Source: a virus (Duplodnaviria > Caudoviricetes). From it: a stretch of DNA of 63,122 nt. This document shows positions 54,760 through 63,122 of the stretch, piece after piece. The notes beneath the pieces were generated by a model, which did not search any database, was not told the DNA's origin, and worked only from the letters and a program-made list of their open reading frames with translations. Made by a program: the position numbers and the translations under genes. The stretch spans positions 1 to 63,122 of the IMG/VR virus record IMGVR_UViG_3300030380_004631. One strand, written 5' to 3'. The first letter of the stretch is position 1, and each line of letters starts with the position of its first letter.

Positions 54760-56350
54760 AAAGTTTAAAATATTTTCCTAATGGAAAGTTATATTGATGG
54801 TAAGTTCCTAATAAATGAAGTGATCCTTTAGATCTTGTAGCACCTGTATACCACACTCTAAGTTCTTTTATTTTTTCAGATAAATTTTTCTTTTCGTAGT
54901 GTGAAGGAAAATTACATTTACTGGCCAAGACAACATTATCTGCCTCACCGCCCTTAACTTGATGTATCGTATCAATAATAATTTTTGGTGGTTGTGATAA
55001 ATCTACACCTTCTCTCATAAGTTTTTTAAAATACTGCTTATCTTTGTCCTTAAATTTTCTTTTAAATGCTTGTTCCCATGGTTCTTTTTGATCTCGCATA
55101 CCACACCTTAAATGTAATTCATCAAAAGTAAACACTTGATTTGGATGTGCAAAGCTCCATTTTTTACTTTCAGATGACCGGTATCCGTGGTCTATGTTTA
55201 ATAAATACTCATACATGACTGTAGCTTCTTCTCTAGTTATAGATCCACCCTCACAAATCTTCTTCCAATTTTCTATTGCAGCAAATTGATTCGGCTCAAA
55301 TGATTTATTACCTTTTACATCTTGATAATATAAGGATAGGTTACGAGCTTCTGTTTGTAATTCTTTTTTAACATCATTGATTCTTGCTAACACCATCCAA
55401 CTACCTTCCATGTCCCAAGGTACTTTCTTTAATCCATTCCATCTATGTATAGAGCCCTCTTTACCATTAGAATAAAATTCTTTTTGTACTCTATTGTTAC
55501 CCATAGAATTTAAAATACACTTAGAAAAAAAATGTACATTCTTATTTAATCTTACAGATTTTTTTAACACCAAACTTCTACCAGGAAAGGTTTGAAAATG
55601 TTCTACATCTGCACCATTCCATTCATAAATAGCTTGGTCATCATCTCCTGCAATGTAAACTCTATGTACAGCCTTAGCTAATTTTACAACTAAATCCCAT
55701 TGTAAAGGTGTTAAGTCTTGAGCTTCATCAACCATCAATACTTTAAACGGTATGGACAAACCCTCATCAATAAATTTTTGTACCATGTCAGTAAAATCCA
55801 ATCTATCCGGTGTCCGTTGTCCGTTCTCTAACTCCATAGTTTTAAATTCTTCATACCCTGCAATAATAGATTTAAATTGCTGCAACCTCACAGCTTTTCT
55901 TGGCTGTTGTTTATATAACCAAACAGGATCTACCTTCATGTTTCTTGCCCTGTCATATATTTGTAAGGACCAATTGTTATAAACTTTAGCATCATCATGG
56001 CCTTCTTTGTAATTTACTTTTATTGTTCCGTACTGAGTATGAAACATAAGCATATCTACTTTAGGATCTAATACAGGAATCTCTGAGAATTGTTGTCTAG
56101 CTAAACTATGTAAGGTTCTAAAAAATTTAAAATCATCTTCATCATACTCTTTAAATCTTTTTCTAACTCTAGCTACACATTCATCTACTGCTTTGTTGGT
56201 GAACGATATGTAACAGATCTCATCAGGTGAGTATCCTTGTTTTAAATATCGCTGCACTCGTTTCAATAAATTTTCAGTCTTACCTGTACCAGGAGGACCA
56301 AATATTTTAATTGTCTTCCCATGAAGCTTTTGCTTTAACGAATTTGACAT
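54740..56350 (-). CDS. SF1 UvrD/RecB-like DNA helicase
   Basis: GPPGTGKT, SFTNKA, TLHS, VDEAQD, GDDDQAIY, TIHQVKGGE and YTGATR motifs. Confidence 0.93.
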   Translation of the reverse strand: MSNSLKQKLHGKTIKIFGPPGTGKTENLLKRVQRYLKQGYSPDEICYISFTNKAVDECVARVRKRFKEYDEDDFKFFRTLHSLARQQFSEIPVLDPKVDMLMFHTQYGTIKVNYKEGHDDAKVYNNWSLQIYDRARNMKVDPVWLYKQQPRKAVRLQQFKSIIAGYEEFKTMELENGQRTPDRLDFTDMVQKFIDEGLSIPFKVLMVDEAQDLTPLQWDLVVKLAKAVHRVYIAGDDDQAIYEWNGADVEHFQTFPGRSLVLKKSVRLNKNVHFFSKCILNSMGNNRVQKEFYSNGKEGSIHRWNGLKKVPWDMEGSWMVLARINDVKKELQTEARNLSLYYQDVKGNKSFEPNQFAAIENWKKICEGGSITREEATVMYEYLLNIDHGYRSSESKKWSFAHPNQVFTFDELHLRCGMRDQKEPWEQAFKRKFKDKDKQYFKKLMREGVDLSQPPKIIIDTIHQVKGGEADNVVLASKCNFPSHYEKKNLSEKIKELRVWYTGATRSKGSLHLLGTYHQYNFPLGKYFKLYEANYA

Positions 56351-57881
56351 CTTTATTTTTGTGTTCTATTTGGTTAGGTAATTCTACCACCCAATGTCTG
56401 CTACTTATACCCTGGAATTTCTTTTTAGGTGTAGCACCACCGGATTCTAAAAATTTTGTGCAATCTTTTTCAGACCAATTATAGCCCATTTTCTTAATAA
56501 ATTGCCTAAATGTTTCTAATTTAAATCTCATTTCGGCCTCATCTTTCCAAATGTTACCATTATCTATTTGATCAAATTCTGTTGTGTCCTCAACATCTTC
56601 TAAAAATCTTGTCATTCTAGAATTAAATACATCCATCTTTTCTTCAATTGCATCAAACCCTTCCATGTCTTGTTTGTTACTTACTAATTCTTCAAGCCAA
56701 TCTCTATAAGGATCTGGATCTCTCTTGCTTGGTTTTAAAGTTCTCCAAACTATGTCATAGTTAAGTAGCTGCTCACCCAAAAGTTGCTGCTGATATAATT
56801 GTTTTGTTGATAGTCTAATTGATTTACCTTGAATAGGTAAAATCCAATAAGGTTCTGGATATGAATTAACTTTAATTAATTTACCGACTTCGGGTAACGC
56901 TTCATTAGCTCCAATCCCAAACTTACGCTTAATGCAAGTAGATGATACGCAGTGCATTCTAGCGATTGACGTTTTACATTTGTACGCATATTCTTTATTT
57001 TCTACACCTTTAAAAATATTTTGCAATTCTTTTGGATGTAAAGATTCTGAACAAACATTTGTCATCATAGATCTAGTCCAATCTTCGTACATCACTGGAT
57101 CTGGATTAATTTTTTTTGCTAATACTGCAACATTAAACATTGCATCATTTCTACCCTCACCTTTTTGTACTTTATTTTTCATAAAATTAACTACACAAGG
57201 TGGGTAATCTTTTGTTTCGTCATCTTCTAAAATCTTTAATTTGTTAAAATCAGCAGGAGTTAATCTGTATTGTTCTACAAATTTAAATAAATTATCTATC
57301 TTGATTGAGTTACCATCATTATCCATAGCAACTCTTGTAGACAAATGTGCTTTTTGATAGGGAAGGTTTACAAAATTACCTTTTCTTTTTGCATTCCAAT
57401 CTTCAGGAGTTAAATCAACTTCATCCTGTGCAGGATATATATCAGTTGTTGTATCGTTAACACCAAGATCAGATGCTATCTCAATTAATTTTTTTCTCAT
57501 CGAAGATGCTGCAACAACACCTTTGATAAATAAAATTAAATGGAGTCCGTTGGATTTTGATCGGAACGGGACGAGCGGGTACTTCCTTTTCCGTATAATT
57601 CGTATAACTTCTTGATGTTGTATATTGTAGCGATCAACATCGATGACCCCCCAACTGCATGTATTATTATCTCTGATAGGGACAGACCCATAGTATTTTT
57701 CTCCTTTTAAATGTTGTAGCCAATCCTCTCTGAGCATTGGTCTAGGTTCAACCCAGTGTTTGAATTCTTGTTTACCGTCCTTACCTCGAGTCTGACCTAG
57801 GGGTTTAGAAGCACCAAAATATGTAGATGAGCCCTGGAAGAGTTGTACAAACTCTTCCAAGGTGTTGTCAAGTATGTCCAT
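56307..57881 (-). CDS. AEP-family primase (prim-pol) with PriCT-like domain
   Basis: GVIDVD, RSKSNGLH, KGNFVNLPY, PPC and GEGRNDAMF motifs. Confidence 0.8.
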   Translation of the reverse strand: MDILDNTLEEFVQLFQGSSTYFGASKPLGQTRGKDGKQEFKHWVEPRPMLREDWLQHLKGEKYYGSVPIRDNNTCSWGVIDVDRYNIQHQEVIRIIRKRKYPLVPFRSKSNGLHLILFIKGVVAASSMRKKLIEIASDLGVNDTTTDIYPAQDEVDLTPEDWNAKRKGNFVNLPYQKAHLSTRVAMDNDGNSIKIDNLFKFVEQYRLTPADFNKLKILEDDETKDYPPCVVNFMKNKVQKGEGRNDAMFNVAVLAKKINPDPVMYEDWTRSMMTNVCSESLHPKELQNIFKGVENKEYAYKCKTSIARMHCVSSTCIKRKFGIGANEALPEVGKLIKVNSYPEPYWILPIQGKSIRLSTKQLYQQQLLGEQLLNYDIVWRTLKPSKRDPDPYRDWLEELVSNKQDMEGFDAIEEKMDVFNSRMTRFLEDVEDTTEFDQIDNGNIWKDEAEMRFKLETFRQFIKKMGYNWSEKDCTKFLESGGATPKKKFQGISSRHWVVELPNQIEHKNKDVKFVKAKASWEDN

Positions 57882-57884
57882 AGA

Positions 57885-58682
57885 TTAGAATGGAGTTTTT
57901 TCTGAACTCTCTTCGTTACCATGTTTGACTTTTACAGATCCTTTTTTACACGTCTCATAGAATCCGTGTGCTGCTTCAAGAATAACATTGTCGGTCACTT
58001 GGCCAACATGTTCTATTTCCCAGCCATACCATGAGCCTAACTGATTTTTTTCTAAAACAGTTCTCATTTTGTATTGCTGCGTGAAGGGTGCAGGTTTAAA
58101 GAAACCTTTACCATCAGCTCTTTTTTGTCTTAAAGACATCATCATTGAGTTCCACTTCTTTGATTTTTTTCTCTGAGTGGACTTCATGGTTACAAGTGCA
58201 GTAGATTGAGAAGCCTCCTCACATATTAAAATATAGTGAGATGCTGTCTCCTCAACATAGTTACCGTTTTCGAGTCTATCTTTACCACCATCATCTCTAG
58301 TAGTTTTAGACATGATATCTGATGAAGCTGGATAGACATTTACTGGTGCAACTGCACCTTGATCTCTATCCTTCCATTCGATGTACTCTAACTTGTAGTA
58401 ACAAGGAATAACAATAATACCATTTTTACCATCATAAAGTTGATTGGTTACAGTATTATAAATCATACCCGGTCTTGCAGCTTCTATGAACTGACTATCA
58501 CCTTGTGTTACTTGTGGTGACAATTGTCCAAGAACTTTTAAGAATGGTAATGCAACACTTTTAGCATCTACATTATCAAACCCCTCATCAGCAAAATTTT
58601 CTATATTTATTGCTGCTACAGGTGCCTCCTTTTTAACTGCCACTTGATTGTTGTCTTTTCGTTGTCCGTTTTTCTCTATCAT
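57885..58682 (-). CDS. Single-stranded DNA-binding protein-like
   Basis: LPFLKVLGQLSPQ, MKSTQ.K.SKKWN and acidic C-terminal EKTPF tail. Confidence 0.7.
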   Translation of the reverse strand: MIEKNGQRKDNNQVAVKKEAPVAAINIENFADEGFDNVDAKSVALPFLKVLGQLSPQVTQGDSQFIEAARPGMIYNTVTNQLYDGKNGIIVIPCYYKLEYIEWKDRDQGAVAPVNVYPASSDIMSKTTRDDGGKDRLENGNYVEETASHYILICEEASQSTALVTMKSTQRKKSKKWNSMMMSLRQKRADGKGFFKPAPFTQQYKMRTVLEKNQLGSWYGWEIEHVGQVTDNVILEAAHGFYETCKKGSVKVKHGNEESSEKTPF

Positions 58683-59228
58683 CTATTTCTCCTTATTAGT
58701 GATTTTAGTCTTATTTGCTATATATACTCCAAACATGTCGAAGGGTAATTCCTTACCATTTTCGACTTGATCCCTTACGAATGCTTTTAAGGTCATTGGC
58801 TCAACTTTTTGTTTTTGATTATAGTTGAATCCAAATTTCTCACAAACACTTATGAGTTCTGATACTTGGTTGTCCTGGCCTTTGTCGAATGCAGTAGTAA
58901 TAGTATTTTTTATTAGATCTTCATGACCATTACTTCTTAACCAACTGAAAGCCTCTTCAACTCTAGACTCAGGAATCTTAGCTGCATAAAAAGGTTTTAC
59001 TTCTACAGTAGAACCATCATGTAACTTAAGCAAAGATACTCCTGCTTCTTGCATCATTTCAGGTATTATCCTTTCCTCAAAATCTTTAGCTTTAGATTTG
59101 AGTAAAGAAATTTTTTCTTCTTCTTGTTCTATTTGGGAACGTACTTCTTGTAATTGGTGACATTTTTCAGTGATAGATTTAACACTATCCTTATCAATGT
59201 CGATATTAGACATTTTTTCGATATCCAT
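58683..59228 (-). CDS. Conserved replication-block protein
   Basis: Coiled coil, AFSWLRSNGHEDLIK and VEPMTLKAFVR; SD AAGGAGG. Confidence 0.7.
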   Translation of the reverse strand: MDIEKMSNIDIDKDSVKSITEKCHQLQEVRSQIEQEEEKISLLKSKAKDFEERIIPEMMQEAGVSLLKLHDGSTVEVKPFYAAKIPESRVEEAFSWLRSNGHEDLIKNTITTAFDKGQDNQVSELISVCEKFGFNYNQKQKVEPMTLKAFVRDQVENGKELPFDMFGVYIANKTKITNKEK

Positions 59229-59295
59229 AATTCCTCCTTATCGCCTTATAAATATCTATTTGACGATTGCAACAAAAAAATATAAAAAGATTTTG

Positions 59296-60723
59296 ATGTG
59301 GAAATACCCCTATAAGACTCAGCCCTATGAGCACCAAAGATTAGCTTTAAAAGAATCAGCTGATAAAACAGAATACGCATATTTTATGGAGATGGGTACA
59401 GGTAAAACTAAAGTAACCATTGATAATATAGCATGGTTGTATATGCAGAGAAAAATTACTGCATGTTTAATAATTGCACCAAAAACAGTTTATACAAATT
59501 GGGAATCAGAAATAGAAATACATCTTCCAGATGTAATTAAATATACAACTTATAAATGGAATTTAGATAAACCTAAACAATTATATAAATTAAACGAATC
59601 AAAAGATTTAAAAATATTTTTAATTAATATAGAAGCTCTATCAACTAAAAGAGGTCTTGAAGGTTGTGCTGAATATTTACGAGCTAATAAATTAAATATG
59701 GTAGTGCTGGATGAATCAACGACCATAAAAAATAGAACAGCAAAAAGAACAAAAAACATATTGAAGCTACGAACACTATCCGCCATAAGGCGTATACTAA
59801 CAGGATCGCCAATAACAAAATCTCCATTGGATCTATATACACAATGTCAGTTCTTAAATCCAGAACTTTTAGGCTTTAGTAGTTATTTAACCTTTAGAAA
59901 CAGGTATGCAGAAATGGCTGATATTCCAGTAGGTTCTAACAGATGGATATCCATACCAAAATATTACAAAAATTTAGAAGAACTTGAAACTAAACTTAAA
60001 TTATTTTCATCTCGTGTAAGAAAAGATGAGTGTTTAGACCTTATACCTAAGGTAAGACAAAAGAGAAGTATTGAATTAGACGGTGATGCTAAGAAAATTT
60101 ATGACAAATTAAGAATAAATGCACTAGCAATCATAGGAGATAGCACAGTATCTTTTAGTAATAAATTGACAGAAATTGTTAAGTTACACCAAGTGTGTAA
60201 TGGTTTTACCAAAAATGATGATGGTGAGATAATGCAGCTACACAACCAGAAGTTAAAAGCTTTAGAAGAAATTTTAGAGGAGACAGATGGTAAGGTAATT
60301 ATCTGGGCAAATTATATTTATAATATTCATGAGATTAAAAAATTTCTAATTGAAAAATATGGAAAAGAATCTACAGTATGTATTTATGGAGAAGTTGGCG
60401 TTGAAGATAGAAAAGATGCTGTACATCGTATACAAAACGATGACAGTTGCCGTTTCCTTGTTGCTAATCCTACTACTGGGGGCTTTGGTCTTACTCTTAC
60501 CGCTTGTAATACTGTTATCTATTATTCTAACTCATACAACCTAGAAGTTCGTATGCAGTCTGAAGATCGTGCACATCGTCTTGGCCAAAAAGGAACTGTA
60601 GTTTATATCGATATAGTTACTCGTGGTACACTTGATGAAGCAATTATGAAATCACTAACCAACAAAGGGAGAATAGCTGCTAAAGCTCTTGGGGAAGAAG
60701 AACTTAAGAGTTGGCTTTTATAA
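59296..60723 (+). CDS. SNF2-family (SF2) helicase
   Basis: MEMGTGKT, LDEST, LTGSP, GLTLT and QSEDRAHRLGQ motifs; start moved to the ATG at 59296. Confidence 0.93.
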   Translation: MWKYPYKTQPYEHQRLALKESADKTEYAYFMEMGTGKTKVTIDNIAWLYMQRKITACLIIAPKTVYTNWESEIEIHLPDVIKYTTYKWNLDKPKQLYKLNESKDLKIFLINIEALSTKRGLEGCAEYLRANKLNMVVLDESTTIKNRTAKRTKNILKLRTLSAIRRILTGSPITKSPLDLYTQCQFLNPELLGFSSYLTFRNRYAEMADIPVGSNRWISIPKYYKNLEELETKLKLFSSRVRKDECLDLIPKVRQKRSIELDGDAKKIYDKLRINALAIIGDSTVSFSNKLTEIVKLHQVCNGFTKNDDGEIMQLHNQKLKALEEILEETDGKVIIWANYIYNIHEIKKFLIEKYGKESTVCIYGEVGVEDRKDAVHRIQNDDSCRFLVANPTTGGFGLTLTACNTVIYYSNSYNLEVRMQSEDRAHRLGQKGTVVYIDIVTRGTLDEAIMKSLTNKGRIAAKALGEEELKSWLL

Positions 60724-60759
60724 TGGAAACAATAATAATTATTGAATTAGCTTTACTTG

Positions 60760-61425
60760 CTATAGGCTTTTACTTAACTCAGTAAATTTTTCACATCTTT
60801 CAAGAAACTTTTCGCCATATTCTTTTAAATCTGGCTCTTGAAGTTTAAATTCTTGATATTGAAGATCTCGGGTACATATTGATATTACTCCTTGTTCTAT
60901 AGGTCCGTAGTTATCAGTATGAGCTAAATAATATGCTCCTAGTTGAAGTTTATAATCTTCAACCCATTCTTCTCGTTTAGGTCTGTTTGACTGTTTCCAG
61001 TCAACTATACTTGGTTTTCCGTAAGCTATTGCAGTTAAATCACAAGTGCCTGCAAATTTATTAGCATACTGTAAACTTATTTCGTTTCCCCAGATTTCAT
61101 CTAATTTAATATTGTTTAAAATAGTTTTTGCCATCATTCTAGGTTTCTTACCTTCGTCTCCATCATTGTAATAGCCTTGACCATTTAATGCATACTCAAT
61201 GACTAGGTGCATTTCAGTTCCAATAGATGAAGCTTGTTGCATAATTCTATCAGCTTCTTTATCTCCAACCTTACGTCTCCAGTTATCTAGGAAGCGTTTA
61301 TCTTTAGTTGCTGAAAGAATTGTTGTTACACTAGGTACTTTTACATTATCTACTAAATATTTACGACCTGTTGTATCTGAGAATCTGTTGTAATGTTTGT
61401 AAGGGTATTTCTTTACCAACTTCAT
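60760..61425 (-). CDS. PD-(D/E)xK exonuclease
   Basis: PSVTTILS, GTEMH, AGTCD, VDWKQS and QLGAY motifs. Confidence 0.88.
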   Translation of the reverse strand: MKLVKKYPYKHYNRFSDTTGRKYLVDNVKVPSVTTILSATKDKRFLDNWRRKVGDKEADRIMQQASSIGTEMHLVIEYALNGQGYYNDGDEGKKPRMMAKTILNNIKLDEIWGNEISLQYANKFAGTCDLTAIAYGKPSIVDWKQSNRPKREEWVEDYKLQLGAYYLAHTDNYGPIEQGVISICTRDLQYQEFKLQEPDLKEYGEKFLERCEKFTELSKSL

Positions 61426-61437
61426 AAGAAGTTAATA

Positions 61438-61614
61438 CTACATATGGTTAGAAAGTACAGCTAAAAGTATAGCACCCAGTCCACAGATAATAAATTTTTC
61501 CATTCTAGCTATTCGTGCTTCCATTCTATCTATTCTTTCAAATGTTTGTTTCTGCATGTATCTGCAAATTCTTTCATGATGTTCTATCTTTTGCAGTGCA
61601 GATTTTTTAGCCAT
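61438..61614 (-). CDS. 58-aa coiled-coil protein with C-terminal TM helix
   Basis: Hand-translated MAKKSALQKIEHHERIC...FIICGLGAILLAVLSNHM; TAATG-coupled. Confidence 0.6.
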   Translation of the reverse strand: MAKKSALQKIEHHERICRYMQKQTFERIDRMEARIARMEKFIICGLGAILLAVLSNHM

Positions 61615-63122
61615 TATCCCCTCTGCCTTCTTGCAGCTATTTGTGCACTTAGTGGATCGTTAGGAAATAAAGCTGTCACCTGTTGCGGTGTCACTTGTCC
61701 GGTAGCCGGTGTTGGTGTTGCAGGTAAAGAGTTATTGACTGCTTGATTAGGGTCAACTAATTCATCTTCAATACCTTCTGTTATATTAGCTCGCGTAGCT
61801 TCTTCATCTCTTGCTTGTTCATCAATTTCTACTTCTTCTCTATTTCTTACTGTGCTTGCAAGATAATCCACCATTTGGTTATCTGTTTCTGTGCTTCCAG
61901 ATGAGCCTACAAAATCTTCAGCAAACATATTTTCTATTGTTTCTTTAGGTAATGTTTTATCATCATATCTTGGTTGTTCTATCTTAAAACTTTGTCCAAG
62001 TAATTCATTTTGTATTTCTTTTGGATCTACAGTTTTAGGATTTACTTTTGGTAAATCTTCATCTTCATCGCTTAAATAATTCATTAATCTAGCAAAGGCT
62101 TCTCTTTTTTGTGTAAGTCCTGCTGCAGTTAATTTACTATTTACACTTCTAATTTTAAAGTTGTTATCAAAACCAATCTTCTTACCTTTTAAACCTTTTA
62201 ATAATTCTTCAGGTAACAGTGCATCATTCATATATCTTATCGCAGTTGGGTCAGTTAACATTCTTCCTGCTCGTCTAGCTAACAATAAAAATATTGCTGG
62301 TGCAAATGGATTAACTGTAAACATACCTGCTCCCACAAACATACCACCAGCTACAGATCCAAATGACCCGAGTGTCATTCTTCTCTGTAGGAAGGTAGAT
62401 GTATCAGATAAAGGTATATCTGAAATCGCTTTCATATAATTTGTAAATTTATAAAACTCGTTTGTTCCGTCTTGTCCTAGTAGTTTAACCATTTTTTCTC
62501 TACCAATATCGGAAGTCGCTTCACCTATACCAAGTTTATTCATAAATTTATTTATATTGAAGTCTGCAAAATCTTTAGGACTAAATCTTATTGATGAAAT
62601 ATCATAGATACCATTATTTAATCTTACATCTGAAATATCAAATTGTCTTGCAGCTTGTAATTCTTCTGTACCTAATCTTCGCATAGCATCTTGTGCATAT
62701 TCAGTACCAGCTTTGACTCCAGCACTTTGACCAATTACATCCTTAAAGATTGATTGAGCTGCTGGACTACCCGCAGTATCAAAAGAAGATAAGAAAGCAT
62801 TGAACATATATCTTGATTTAGCTGCATCAAATAATTGTTTTCCGTTTGCTGTAGCTTTTGAACCTGCTGCACCTAATAATACCTTAAACTGTTCAATTGC
62901 ATCAGGTGAATTAGAAGCAAATACATCTCTTTCCAAAGTTGAAAATACTTGATCTCTTGCCATTCTTTCAGTTCCCAAAATATTGTTTACACCTTTGTTA
63001 GTAAACAATGTGCTATCAAATGCTCTTAGTTTTTTAGGCACTCCCATTTTTTGATAGAAGCCCATGATACTTGAGAATGTTGCATTAGCATCATATAATT
63101 TAGCATAAAGACCTTCTGCATC
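61614..63122 (-). CDS. Large internal virion/DNA-ejection protein, 3' part
   Basis: Frame is open from the window end; continuation of the 1730->1 ORF; ends ALFPNDPLSAQIAARRQRG. Confidence 0.75.
   Translation of the reverse strand, partial: DAEGLYAKLYDANATFSSIMGFYQKMGVPKKLRAFDSTLFTNKGVNNILGTERMARDQVFSTLERDVFASNSPDAIEQFKVLLGAAGSKATANGKQLFDAAKSRYMFNAFLSSFDTAGSPAAQSIFKDVIGQSAGVKAGTEYAQDAMRRLGTEELQAARQFDISDVRLNNGIYDISSIRFSPKDFADFNINKFMNKLGIGEATSDIGREKMVKLLGQDGTNEFYKFTNYMKAISDIPLSDTSTFLQRRMTLGSFGSVAGGMFVGAGMFTVNPFAPAIFLLLARRAGRMLTDPTAIRYMNDALLPEELLKGLKGKKIGFDNNFKIRSVNSKLTAAGLTQKREAFARLMNYLSDEDEDLPKVNPKTVDPKEIQNELLGQSFKIEQPRYDDKTLPKETIENMFAEDFVGSSGSTETDNQMVDYLASTVRNREEVEIDEQARDEEATRANITEGIEDELVDPNQAVNNSLPATPTPATGQVTPQQVTALFPNDPLSAQIAARRQRG
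62959..63122. repeat. Imperfect terminal overlap, copy 2
   Basis: Matches 1-164 at 159 of 164 positions. Confidence 0.95.

Noticed and set aside
59170-59295. N-terminal extension of the SNF2 helicase in the ORF track
   Set aside because: It overlaps the divergent gene and promoter region; the ATG at 59296 gives a typical start.
1-63122. Integrase/attP, RNA polymerase, reverse transcriptase/DGR, stop-codon recoding
   Set aside because: No matching motifs were seen; TAA, TAG and TGA all end genes that abut the next start, consistent with the standard code.

Overview
The window looks like an essentially complete, circularly assembled tailed-phage genome of about 62,958 bp; bases 1-164 recur with 5 mismatches at 62959-63122. 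It is AT-rich (roughly one-third GC by eye) and podovirus-like. Nearly all genes lie on the minus strand. They form a replication block (SSB-like protein, AEP primase, UvrD-like helicase, Leu762-type PolA, plus a divergent SNF2 helicase and a PD-(D/E)xK exonuclease), then terS, an island of small early-type genes, terL, portal, GroES, scaffold, capsid, lysis, tail and ejection genes. Gene content and composition suggest a marine alphaproteobacterial (SAR11/Pelagibacter-type) phage, reminiscent of HTVC023P-type pelagiphages; this is from recall and not verified. No integrase, RNA polymerase, tRNA or CRISPR array was recognised. Main observations: (1) a dispersed tailoring arsenal of nine 2OG-Fe(II) oxygenase genes, two carbamoyltransferases, three glycosyltransferase-like genes and a methyltransferase-glycosyltransferase fusion, mostly interleaved with virion genes, which is a candidate virion (or DNA) modification system; (2) a short [FYMLKA]xxG[GKM] peptide motif recurring in many basic or internal proteins; (3) an early regulon with sigma70 promoters overlapped by tandem ATRRGAT-n3-ATRRGAT boxes and strand-biased AACGAG arrays; (4) an iteron cassette bracketed by a 19-bp inverted repeat upstream of terS; (5) a pseudoknot-like leader downstream of the capsid terminator. 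All protein assignments come from motifs read by eye, without database searches.
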